Of a stretch of DNA of 64,000 nt, positions 1 through 9,156 are shown in pieces (position 1 is the first letter of the stretch; each line of letters opens with the position of its first letter). The position numbers and the translations under genes were made by a program. The DNA lies in IMG/VR virus record IMGVR_UViG_3300033518_000398, positions 1-64,000 of that record; one strand, 5' to 3'. Source of the DNA: a virus (Duplodnaviria > Caudoviricetes). Under the pieces are notes generated by a model. It was not told where the DNA came from and did not search any database. It saw only the letters and a list, made by a program, of their open reading frames with translations.

Positions 1-9
1 AAAGAAATA

Positions 10-1077
10 ATGAAACAATATCTGGACTTATTACAAAACATCGTTGATAACGGTGTCGAAAAAGAAAGTGGAAGAGCAAATATGCCGAACACTATTGGCA
101 TTTCACATGCCGTAATTAAAATGGACTTGCAAGAAGGTTTTCCATTACTAACTACAAAGAAAATGTACTGGAAAGGCATTGTGCATGAACTCCTATGGTT
201 TCTCAATGGAAATACAAATATTAAATATCTCGTTGATAACAACGTAAACATCTGGAACGGTGATGCTTATAGATGGTATTTAACATACCATAAAAAAAGT
301 AGGTGTATAACACCACCGTTAACAATGGAGCAATTCATTAATGAAATAAAAACTAATGAATGTGTTAATCCTCATTGGGATAATATTGGTGATTATTCTA
401 ATTATGAATGGACATACTATAGACTTGGTGACCTCGGCAAAGTTTATGGTTATCAATGGCGTAATCAGAATGGTGTTGACCAAATAAAAGAGGTTATCGA
501 AGGTTTGAAGTCGAATCCTTATAGCAGGTATCACATTATCGATGGTTGGAACAAAGCGGATTTCAGAGAAATGGCGTTACCACCTTGTCACCTACTGTAT
601 CAGTTCATTGTGAGACCATTATCTCATAGTCAGAGATGTGATTTATATTATGTGCAGGGTCAACCCTCACATGTGTATGCAAACACAACTGAAGATGATT
701 TAGATAATGATAATATCCCTAAATTCTATCTCGACCTGAACATGTATCAGAGAAGTTGTGATACATTCTTAGGTGTTCCTTTCAATGTTGCAAGTATGTC
801 AATACTTTTGATGTTATTTGCAAAGGCAAGTAACATGGTTGCTGGTGTTAGTACTTGGATTGGTGGTGATACGCATTTATATGTTAATCACATGGATGCA
901 GTTAATGAGCAGTTGAGTAGAGAACCATTGGCATTACCGACAATGAAAATTAATAAAGAACTCAATAGTCTTGATGATATATTGGCACTAACCATTGAAG
1001 ACTTTGAATTGGTTGGTTATGATAACCCACATCCAGCAATCAAAGCCGAATTATTCACTGGATTGAAAAAATCTTAG
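10..1077 (+). CDS. thyA: Thymidylate synthase
   Basis: Motifs FPLLTTKK, ELLWFLNG, MALPPCH (catalytic Cys), YQRSCD, GVPFN, GDTHLY. Confidence 0.97.
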   Translation: MKQYLDLLQNIVDNGVEKESGRANMPNTIGISHAVIKMDLQEGFPLLTTKKMYWKGIVHELLWFLNGNTNIKYLVDNNVNIWNGDAYRWYLTYHKKSRCITPPLTMEQFINEIKTNECVNPHWDNIGDYSNYEWTYYRLGDLGKVYGYQWRNQNGVDQIKEVIEGLKSNPYSRYHIIDGWNKADFREMALPPCHLLYQFIVRPLSHSQRCDLYYVQGQPSHVYANTTEDDLDNDNIPKFYLDLNMYQRSCDTFLGVPFNVASMSILLMLFAKASNMVAGVSTWIGGDTHLYVNHMDAVNEQLSREPLALPTMKINKELNSLDDILALTIEDFELVGYDNPHPAIKAELFTGLKKS

Positions 1078-1079
1078 TT

Positions 1080-1313
1080 ATGGAAAATGTTACTGAGTTA
1101 AATGATATGGGTGTTTCTGTGAGTATTGCATATATTGTTGAAAAACGTAACGATGCTTTGGAACACCTTAATGAACTGATTAAAACTAATCGAAGTGCTG
1201 AGGTTATTAAACACACATTAGATATTGTTTTAAGACATAATGAACAAATAAAAAAACTGGAGGATGCACTTGTTGTATTTAATACTCTTCTGGAACAAGA
1301 GAAATATAAATAA
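1080..1313 (+). CDS. Hypothetical protein
   Basis: 77-aa ORF tightly packed after thyA. Confidence 0.7.
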   Translation: MENVTELNDMGVSVSIAYIVEKRNDALEHLNELIKTNRSAEVIKHTLDIVLRHNEQIKKLEDALVVFNTLLEQEKYK

Positions 1314-1315
1314 TC

Positions 1316-1600
1316 ATGGACGAAAGATTAAAAAATGTCAACTTAATTGACGAATTGGATTTCACATTTAGTGATGTGGAACAGCAACTTATTAATGACG
1401 AAATACGTTATGGCAATACTTGGAAAGAACGTGGACTTGTATTCAAAGGTCAAAGCCAAGAAACTCGTTGGTTTTATAAGATGCAGGAATATTTCGAAGC
1501 CTATATGAACGATGGTCAGCCAATTCCTTGGACAAAGGTTATTGGTGAAGCACATATTGCATTGGTAAGAGAAAAACTTTTGTCAAAAGAAGTTGAATGA
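1316..1600 (+). CDS. Hypothetical protein
   Basis: 94-aa ORF in the same operon. Confidence 0.7.
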   Translation: MDERLKNVNLIDELDFTFSDVEQQLINDEIRYGNTWKERGLVFKGQSQETRWFYKMQEYFEAYMNDGQPIPWTKVIGEAHIALVREKLLSKEVE

Positions 1601-1851
1601 CAATTTTTTACATATTGATAGGATTATTGGTAACGATAGTTCTTTTACTTTCATTGGCATTATACTGGTTTTCAAAAAAAAGTATATATCTTTCCAATAA
1701 AGAAAAAGAATTTATTACATTTGTTATAGATATATTTAATCAATATGGTGATGATTTAGGCATTCAGTCCAAAGAACAACATAAAAAATTGGTTGAAGAA
1801 CTTGAGAAGATTAAAAAACAATTTAATGTGGAAAAAAATGACAAAATTTGA
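1597..1851 (+). CDS. Small membrane-anchored protein
   Basis: N-terminal hydrophobic run IFYILIGLLVTIVLLLSLALYWF; ATGA overlap with the previous gene. Confidence 0.7.
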   Translation: MTIFYILIGLLVTIVLLLSLALYWFSKKSIYLSNKEKEFITFVIDIFNQYGDDLGIQSKEQHKKLVEELEKIKKQFNVEKNDKI

Positions 1852-2110
1852 AATTATTAATGAAGAGTATTACGATGAAGAATTACTATTTGCAGATGGA
1901 TTCAATGACGCAGTAATTGGTGTTGCTTACGATAAAGCAACAAGTACCAACAGGGTCATATATTCAAGAACTAAATGTATTGATGTCCTTATGGAAAGGG
2001 ATGGTATGGAGTATGAGGTTGCAGTAGAATTCTTTGATTTTAACGTCACTGATGCATATGTCGGCAATAAGACTCCGATATTCATGGATGACGAAATGTT
2101 TGAAGAATAA
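1838..2110 (+). CDS. Hypothetical acidic phage protein (start moved to ATG 1838)
   Basis: MTKFEIINEEYY...FADGFNDAVIGV...AVEFFDFNVTDAYVGNKTPIF; overlaps the previous stop. Confidence 0.7.
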   Translation: MTKFEIINEEYYDEELLFADGFNDAVIGVAYDKATSTNRVIYSRTKCIDVLMERDGMEYEVAVEFFDFNVTDAYVGNKTPIFMDDEMFEE

Positions 2111-2135
2111 AAAAGGGGCAATCGCCCCTTTTTTT
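2111..2135. terminator. Bidirectional intrinsic terminator
   Basis: AAAAGGGGC-AATC-GCCCCTTTT between convergent genes. Confidence 0.9.
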
Positions 2136-2136
2136 G

Positions 2137-3093
2137 TTATTGTTTCCAAAATTTAATGTCAAAAGGATTAACACCACTTCGTTTTAAATAGTTTGTAGTT
2201 ACAACGTGAACACCATGTGGGTCGATTCCCATATCAGAAAGGTCTTTGAAAAAATAATCGTTTTTAAATTTACGCAATTCTGCTGGTTCGATTTCACTAT
2301 AATCCCAACCATTTACAATATCATCAGTATCATTAGTTACGGCAAAATGTGTGTATTTAGGGTTAATAGATTGTGCCGAATTCCCCTCTTTAATTTTTAA
2401 TTGTTCAGGATTTGTTTTTCTAACCGACTTAGCATATTCATCATCTTGTTTTTTTGTGTTTGGGTTATATCCTGCAGTTCCCTTAGAGTTTAATACACCA
2501 CCCATTTGAGCAGTATTGTGTATATTTTCACCCAAGCCACCAGTAAATGCTCTTTCCTGACTTGCGTAACGAGAATCTGCAGCATTTTGTTTATAAATAT
2601 AATTCATTCTATTTTCAGCTTCTTGCCCAGCTAAAATATATTGACGATATGGTTCAAAAAATTGAATTAAATCATCTATTGCGAGTTCTTCAATATTAAT
2701 TGCTGGGAATTCTTTATTTGTACCTTCAGAATTTGCAAATGTTACGTACCCACTAATCATATTGTTTTCAATATAAATCATAATATCAGCATTAATACCT
2801 TTAGTTAGAAAACTATATTCTCTATTATTATACGTTTCCAATAATGTGTTGAAATGTTTTTCAATTTCTTTTACAATAGAATTAGGAGTAAATTCTTCAA
2901 AATCATCTTCATAATCATTTCTATCGTCATATTCTGGTTCAGATGGCTCAGTATAGTCATTATGTTGATTATGAGTCATTAGTGGTTCGCCTGCATCATT
3001 AAATGCATCACCTTCGTTTAATCTAGGTTTAAATGTCTTGTCAACTCTTCCCATTATTTCGAAGAGTCTTTGTTTACTATTGCTTGTTGCCAT
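2137..3093 (-). CDS. Late protein with SKQRLFE...LNE N-terminal leader (putative internal head protein)
   Basis: N-terminus MATSNSKQRLFEIMGRVDKTFKPRLNE; late motif upstream. Confidence 0.75.
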   Translation of the reverse strand: MATSNSKQRLFEIMGRVDKTFKPRLNEGDAFNDAGEPLMTHNQHNDYTEPSEPEYDDRNDYEDDFEEFTPNSIVKEIEKHFNTLLETYNNREYSFLTKGINADIMIYIENNMISGYVTFANSEGTNKEFPAINIEELAIDDLIQFFEPYRQYILAGQEAENRMNYIYKQNAADSRYASQERAFTGGLGENIHNTAQMGGVLNSKGTAGYNPNTKKQDDEYAKSVRKTNPEQLKIKEGNSAQSINPKYTHFAVTNDTDDIVNGWDYSEIEPAELRKFKNDYFFKDLSDMGIDPHGVHVVTTNYLKRSGVNPFDIKFWKQ

Positions 3094-3199
3094 GCTATTA
3101 AATTTTATTATAAATACTAATTAATTTCCCTTTGTTTACTATTGCTTGTTGCCATGCTATTAAATTTTATTATAAATACTAATTAATTTCCCTTTGTTT
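3068..3199. repeat. 62-bp perfect tandem duplication plus 8-bp remnant
   Basis: Copies at 3068-3129 and 3130-3191, then CTTTGTTT again at 3192-3199. Confidence 0.95.
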
Positions 3200-3734
3200 C
3201 GTTTAGAAATGGAACAACATCTTCTTTTACTGGGACTCCAACAATTTTTTTCCAATACGTTTTAAAACCACCGATGGACTTTTTGGTTTCATCTGTGACA
3301 TTATTCGCACTTTCAACTTCATAATATCGACTTTTTTCACCACTCATGTTATATTCGATAATATCACCCCTATCGATTTCCAGATGTTTTTCTTCAAGCT
3401 CTTTAAGATATACCCCAAAACTAATATTACCAGTATCATCTCTGGTAATACCACCAGCATTGCTACCATAGTATTGTTGTTTACCTTCTTCAATATTTAC
3501 CATTACTGAAATACGAACAGGTGTCATGAATTTTTTGTCCTTAGTTTTTGCTTGACCATATAAATTATGCGACTTGGTTTCAATTATGTTGATTTTGTGT
3601 ATAATTACGGATTGAGCATTATCTGTTAGTAAATAATTTCTACCATACATAACATCTAAATCAAAAGAATTATCTGTCATGAATAGTCCCATTCTCTGAC
3701 TCTGAAGGTCAATTATTTGTTTTTTCTTTTTCAT
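3183..3734 (-). CDS. Putative head-closure/neck protein (T4 gp14-like)
   Basis: NLYGQ...KKF..P and EIDRGDII..YYEV patterns; next to gp13-like and capsid genes. Confidence 0.55.
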   Translation of the reverse strand: MKKKKQIIDLQSQRMGLFMTDNSFDLDVMYGRNYLLTDNAQSVIIHKINIIETKSHNLYGQAKTKDKKFMTPVRISVMVNIEEGKQQYYGSNAGGITRDDTGNISFGVYLKELEEKHLEIDRGDIIEYNMSGEKSRYYEVESANNVTDETKKSIGGFKTYWKKIVGVPVKEDVVPFLNETKGN

Positions 3735-3777
3735 ATTTAATTACGTCAACATATCACCAAAATTTAATCCAGTTGTA

Positions 3778-4896
3778 TTAAATTGCAATTATTGGGAACA
3801 TTGGTGGTTGATACCCACGTTCTTTATTAACATATTCAGCTATTTCGGCACGTTCTTTAACCATATTAGCCTGACTTAATTTAGTTAATTGGTCAATTAT
3901 TAATTTTTCTGTTTCTTCTTTTAATTTAGTACCTTCATCAAGTAAATGACGATAATCCATAGTCAATTGTTTTTCTGCAACACCAAGTTCGCCAGTATAA
4001 AACCCCCTGATTCCACCAATTACCATTTTTACTTTAGCAATCAACAGATTTCTTATTTGTTGATGTGCGACATCATTCAATTTACTCCACTCTAATATCG
4101 ATGTTGGTGGGTCTGATGGTAATTTAATAATGTCACTATTTTCTTCTAAACATTTTTCTCTATTAGTTCCAAGGATATCATAATACCAATACCAAACTTT
4201 TCTTCCTTCATAATGTTTTCCCCATGCATTGGCGATTTCATGACGGTCACCCGGGATTGGATACAAATGTAACATTTTTTCTCCAGTTGCCAAACCAGTT
4301 ATTCTATAAGTTAATGTTGATTGTAAAACTCTTTGTTTCATTCTTCGGTCTTGTGCTGCCAAAAGTGTTGAGAATGTTGGTTGCACATACATAGCTGGAC
4401 GACCGAGATATGACCATCCGACCATACCGGGAGACCATGCATTCAATGCAAACGGGTCAACAATACCACCGTCAATAGATGGTGGAGTTTCCCATAATAC
4501 TTCATTCACTTCTCTTCCTGCAGGTATTATATAATGCTGAGTATGTCCTGATGTTATAATAAAATCACGTTTTAATTCCCAACCTGTTGCCGCTGGGGCA
4601 TTTGTTCCTAAACCCACTTGTCTTGAATATGCATACGTGAAAGTTTCCATGTAATGATTTGATTTATTTGTAAATGCTGCAAGAAAATCACCAGTTTCTT
4701 TACTCATGCCTTCCAATGAAATCCATTGTTGTTGTATCAACCACTGATTAATCAATGATGAATAATCTTCAACAACCATTTCTAAATAAGAATCCATCAT
4801 TTCGTCTATTAATTCGAATGGTCTTAATGGGTATCCTAATTCATGTTTGATGTGAAGATATAATTTATTTTTCTCAACTGTTGTTATTAATGCCAT
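3778..4896 (-). CDS. Putative neck/adaptor protein (T4 gp13-like)
   Basis: N-terminal YLHIKHELGYP..FEL.DEMMD; 372 aa; in the head module with late motif. Confidence 0.6.
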   Translation of the reverse strand: MALITTVEKNKLYLHIKHELGYPLRPFELIDEMMDSYLEMVVEDYSSLINQWLIQQQWISLEGMSKETGDFLAAFTNKSNHYMETFTYAYSRQVGLGTNAPAATGWELKRDFIITSGHTQHYIIPAGREVNEVLWETPPSIDGGIVDPFALNAWSPGMVGWSYLGRPAMYVQPTFSTLLAAQDRRMKQRVLQSTLTYRITGLATGEKMLHLYPIPGDRHEIANAWGKHYEGRKVWYWYYDILGTNREKCLEENSDIIKLPSDPPTSILEWSKLNDVAHQQIRNLLIAKVKMVIGGIRGFYTGELGVAEKQLTMDYRHLLDEGTKLKEETEKLIIDQLTKLSQANMVKERAEIAEYVNKERGYQPPMFPIIAI

Positions 4897-4948
4897 AATT
4901 ATATTATATTTGTGGTTGTTTATTATAAATACTTTAATCGAACATATT

Positions 4949-5437
4949 ATGCTTAAAATCGAATACGAAATCGAATTAAATGAGAGTGGAAGACCGTATA
5001 TTAAATTATCTGATGATTATGTAGATAAACCCGAAGATAAATTCTTCACAATTGAGCTTGCACGATATTTTCTACAAAGTACGCATAGTCGCATGACACC
5101 TGAAAAATATGACCAACACACCATCGACACAATGGATATTGGAATTCGTTTACTTGGACAAATTGGTGATGAAATGGCTGAAATTCAATATAATGGAATG
5201 AAGACACAAGGCGAATTAGCAATGATGCTTAACACTAATTACAATATAAGAGTAAATAGTATCGAAGAACGTGATGCATTGCCTGAGAAGGATATTGTTT
5301 TTAATGATAAAATATTTGATAGAGTGGTAGGATTGAAAGTATATTGTCGAACTTTCAATAATGAAACTCTACTATATGAAAACGAAACTTATGAATTACA
5401 GGGTGGAATTACTAACGATAATTGGGTAAAGTTATGA
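4949..5437 (+). CDS. Hypothetical protein (start moved to ATG 4949)
   Basis: ORF upstream of the helicase. Confidence 0.7.
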   Translation: MLKIEYEIELNESGRPYIKLSDDYVDKPEDKFFTIELARYFLQSTHSRMTPEKYDQHTIDTMDIGIRLLGQIGDEMAEIQYNGMKTQGELAMMLNTNYNIRVNSIEERDALPEKDIVFNDKIFDRVVGLKVYCRTFNNETLLYENETYELQGGITNDNWVKL

Positions 5438-6915
5438 TAAATAAACCAACCCCCGAACAAGAGAAAATATTCTTATTCATAAAGAAAAGACCCGAAAATA
5501 TCTTAATTAAAGCGTTTGCTGGTACTGGAAAGACAACAACTGTTGTTGAAGCAGTTAAGCTATTGCCGAAAGATAAGAATATTATGTTTTTGGCATTTAA
5601 TAAACATATTCAAGAAGAACTTAAAACAAAACTTCCAGAATATGTGAGGTGTTATACTACATATGGTCTTGGAATGTCAGCAATTAAACGAAAATATGGT
5701 GACAGTATCCAATTTGATGAGTTCAAGGTGGATAAAATTATTCAGAAAAAAATGAAATCTTGGGATTTAGATGAAGAACTTGATGAGGAAGAAATTGGAT
5801 TGTATCTAAATAATGTAAAAAAACTTGTTAATCTTTGTAGATTAACATTAACAGTAAAACCTGAATACGTACCATATGTTGCAGATAGATATGACATTAA
5901 TTTGAATAAGCCAAAAGATATTAAAAGGGTTTTGAAAGTTTTGGATGAATGTACTACTGATAGAAAAACATTTGATTATACTGATATGATTTATTTACCT
6001 GCTGTTGATAACAGCATTTGGTTTTTTCCACAGGATTATGTTTTTGTTGATGAAGTTCAAGATTTAAATCGTTGTCAGATTAAAATCATTGAGAAGGTTC
6101 TTAAACGTAATCGTACAACAAAAAAACTTGAAGGTAGATTGATTAGTGTTGGTGATTTTTTTCAAGGAATCTATGGGTTTAATGCTGCTGATGAAAAAAG
6201 TTTTCAGTGGTTTGAAAATTTTCCCAATACAAAAGTTTTACCACTTTCTGTATCATTTAGATGTTCACAAAATGTGATTAAAAAAGCACAGGAAATCGTT
6301 CCAGACATCAAAGCACTCCCCAGTGCACCCGAAGGTCTGGTTAGAGATGGAAACGTGCTTAATGAGGCTGAAAGTGGCGATTTTGTGCTCTGTAGAACAA
6401 CTATGCCACTGGTGAAACTTTTTTTCGAATTTTTAACTCAAAATAAAAAGGCAATTATTAAGGGTTCTGATATTGGTATTCACCTCATTGAATTAATTGG
6501 TAAAATTAATAGTATTGAAAAACTCAAGTCTTTTTGGGAAGAAGAATTAAGTAAATTCAGAAAAGATTTAAAATCTGATGGTATATTGAATCCCAGTGAA
6601 CACAGTGGATACTCGGTTCTTGAAGATAAAGTAATGACATTATTGTTTTTAGCACGATTAGCTGATAGTATTCCAGATTTGAAATTGAAAATTAAAACAA
6701 TATTTACTGATGAAATTCAGGGTATTTGTTTAAGTACTGTACATAAAATCAAAGGATTGGAAGCAAATCGAGTATTTATAATTAGACCTGACTTATTACC
6801 ATTACCAAATGTAAGAAGTTGGCAAGCTATACAAGAAAAAAACTTGGAATATGTTGCTATCACAAGAAGTCGTTTGGAACTAATTTATGACCGTAATTGG
6901 TCTGATGAGAAATAA
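5434..6915 (+). CDS. UvrD/Rep-like superfamily 1 helicase
   Basis: Walker A AFAGTGKT, Walker B VFVDEVQD, VGDFFQGIYGF, STVHKIKGLE, YVAITRSR. Confidence 0.92.
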   Translation: MINKPTPEQEKIFLFIKKRPENILIKAFAGTGKTTTVVEAVKLLPKDKNIMFLAFNKHIQEELKTKLPEYVRCYTTYGLGMSAIKRKYGDSIQFDEFKVDKIIQKKMKSWDLDEELDEEEIGLYLNNVKKLVNLCRLTLTVKPEYVPYVADRYDINLNKPKDIKRVLKVLDECTTDRKTFDYTDMIYLPAVDNSIWFFPQDYVFVDEVQDLNRCQIKIIEKVLKRNRTTKKLEGRLISVGDFFQGIYGFNAADEKSFQWFENFPNTKVLPLSVSFRCSQNVIKKAQEIVPDIKALPSAPEGLVRDGNVLNEAESGDFVLCRTTMPLVKLFFEFLTQNKKAIIKGSDIGIHLIELIGKINSIEKLKSFWEEELSKFRKDLKSDGILNPSEHSGYSVLEDKVMTLLFLARLADSIPDLKLKIKTIFTDEIQGICLSTVHKIKGLEANRVFIIRPDLLPLPNVRSWQAIQEKNLEYVAITRSRLELIYDRNWSDEK

Positions 6916-6983
6916 ATTTTATTTTGTATTTACATGTGCAAAAAATTAAATTTTTCAGTATATATATTAAAAATATAATATGA

Positions 6984-7295
6984 ATGGAATGGATAGTTAG
7001 AATAGAAAAGACACCTGATGTTGAAAGTGAAATAGAACAGAGAATAAGAATTGTTTTTAATCCAATGTCAGAAAATATTAGTTTATTTGGTGAAGCTAAA
7101 TTAAAAAACAGATTGAAAAATACTGAGTGGTTTGTTTTTAGTGAAGATAGTCATGAAATGGTTATTACATTAGAACAACTTCAAGAAAAAATGGCGACAG
7201 TTGTTCTTGAAATGAGAAAACGACTTATAGAGTATGAAAATCTTGATAAAGGATTTAGTGTTCTTAAATGGATTGGTATCGAAGAACAAAAATAA
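6984..7295 (+). CDS. Hypothetical protein
   Basis: 103-aa ORF. Confidence 0.7.
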   Translation: MEWIVRIEKTPDVESEIEQRIRIVFNPMSENISLFGEAKLKNRLKNTEWFVFSEDSHEMVITLEQLQEKMATVVLEMRKRLIEYENLDKGFSVLKWIGIEEQK

Positions 7296-7332
7296 AAAAA
7301 GTGGTCAAATTTAATATTTCCATAAAAAACCA

Positions 7333-9063
7333 TTAACAGTTCTTTTCAATAAAATCAAAATAATCGTAATACCAAGGTTTTCCTGTTTTAATTTCGATTT
7401 GTTTTCTTTTGAATTTAGATTCAATTATTAAGTTCGGATATGTTTCAGATAAATGTGTTGTTAAAACACCCGATTTATTTAAATAATCAATAAATTGTTT
7501 GTTTGTTTTTTTACAAATCAATAAATAATTTATTGATTTATTAAATTCTGTTGTTATTGGTGTCTCATATTTTTTTATGTATTGATTAAGCGTTGAAAAA
7601 TGAATCAAATATTTTTTGGATAGTTCTCGTATTGATAACTGATTTTCTAAATATTCTATATATATTTTATTTAATTCATTATCGCTAAATTCTGTAAGTG
7701 GTTTTCTTTTTGTTGAATTAAACTCATTTAAATCATTATTTAAATAATCTTCTTCATAACACCAACAATAATTTTTGTTTTTTGAATATCCTAAACATTT
7801 TCTTAAAATTTGTTGATGTGATAAGTGGTCATTATTTTCATTACCAGCAGTTGCTAATGAATCATATCTTTCTAAAATAGATTTTTTTTCTAAGTCAATT
7901 TTTATGACAGGCTTTTTTAATTTAATAATTCTTTTATCAACCCATTCTTTAGTTTGTTTGACATCTTTTCTTAATTTTGATAGTTTTTGTGTTGTTTCTT
8001 CATTAGCAATTGAATTTTTTCCACCAAATTCGATATTATAACCTAAATTTCTATTTGTGGTATTATATTCAAAAATATATCTAATTTCTTTATAATTTAA
8101 TTCATCAATGTTTTGTGCTGTATCAAGAACCGAAAACTCAAAATTATTAAACCCATACTTATTGAATGCTTTTAATAAGTATGGGTTGCAACTATTCGCA
8201 TTTGTTTTATATTCATAATATCTGTTATTTAGTCCTCTTGTTGTTTGCCCGATATATTTTTTATTGTTTATTTTATTGTGAATCAAATAAATAATCCCAG
8301 CAATCTCATGATTTTTTTTTGGATATGGAAGTATTAAATGACTAATGTTTTTCAAATATTGTTTATTTTCAATTTTATTACCAATAAAATGAAAATATCT
8401 TCTTTTTCGATATTGTGGTAAAAATATCGCATTGGGATATTTTTTTAATATTATGTCCTTTTTAATAGTACCAAATTCTTTTCTAACTGTACGTGAATGT
8501 TTTAATTTACCATCAATAAAAACTGAAAATCTTTTAGTTTCTTTACCGTTTTTTCCATAATTACCTGCCATTAAACCAATATATTTCCAATTTAATGCTT
8601 GATATATTGTTCCGATTTCACCAGCAGCAGGGTCTACAGTTGCTGTAACTATTTTATATTCAGTATTTTTTTTTAACCATTCAGTTGTTTTTGATATGAA
8701 ATATGATGCAGTATTTTTTGGTGTCCACCATAAACAAACACCACGACTTAATAAAATAATTTTATTCGTAAATCCATATTTATCCCATGTGGTTGATTTA
8801 TTTGCAGAGTATTCTTCAGAATAAATAACAACACCACCTAAATGATATTCATTATTTATTTGAAAATATATTCCAAAATAAAATTTATTGAATAATGGCA
8901 TTGTTTTTAACCATTCATATTTTAATATTACTTGTTTTGCAGTATATACATCAATTAATTCGATTTTTGTATTAGTTAGTGAAACATCATCTCTATTAAA
9001 TGTGATATTATTTAATTCAAGTTTTTCTTGTTCCTTCCTAATTTTATATTGATATGCTTCCAT
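7333..9063 (-). CDS. Mom-like GNAT-fold domain fused to a GIY-YIG/NUMOD homing endonuclease
   Basis: N half: LSRGVCLWWTPKNTASYFIS...VTATVDPAAGEIGTIYQALNWKYIG; C half: IYLIHNKINNKKYIGQT plus NUMOD- and HTH-like segments. Confidence 0.6.
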   Translation of the reverse strand: MEAYQYKIRKEQEKLELNNITFNRDDVSLTNTKIELIDVYTAKQVILKYEWLKTMPLFNKFYFGIYFQINNEYHLGGVVIYSEEYSANKSTTWDKYGFTNKIILLSRGVCLWWTPKNTASYFISKTTEWLKKNTEYKIVTATVDPAAGEIGTIYQALNWKYIGLMAGNYGKNGKETKRFSVFIDGKLKHSRTVRKEFGTIKKDIILKKYPNAIFLPQYRKRRYFHFIGNKIENKQYLKNISHLILPYPKKNHEIAGIIYLIHNKINNKKYIGQTTRGLNNRYYEYKTNANSCNPYLLKAFNKYGFNNFEFSVLDTAQNIDELNYKEIRYIFEYNTTNRNLGYNIEFGGKNSIANEETTQKLSKLRKDVKQTKEWVDKRIIKLKKPVIKIDLEKKSILERYDSLATAGNENNDHLSHQQILRKCLGYSKNKNYCWCYEEDYLNNDLNEFNSTKRKPLTEFSDNELNKIYIEYLENQLSIRELSKKYLIHFSTLNQYIKKYETPITTEFNKSINYLLICKKTNKQFIDYLNKSGVLTTHLSETYPNLIIESKFKRKQIEIKTGKPWYYDYFDFIEKNC

Positions 9064-9105
9064 TTTTATAGTTTATTTGATTTTACTCCGAAAATGTAAA
9101 GATAA

Positions 9106-9135
9106 AAAAAGAGTTGGAATGTTCCAACTCTTTTT
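9106..9135 (-). terminator. Intrinsic terminator after the major capsid gene
   Basis: AAAAAGAGTTGGAA / TTCCAACTCTTTTT inverted repeat. Confidence 0.85.
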
Positions 9136-9156
9136 AAAAATATTTCAGTTTATTGA

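Noticed and set aside
10-1077. Group I intron in thyA (as in T4 td)
   Set aside because: The ORF is continuous; the extra segments are short in-frame insertions.
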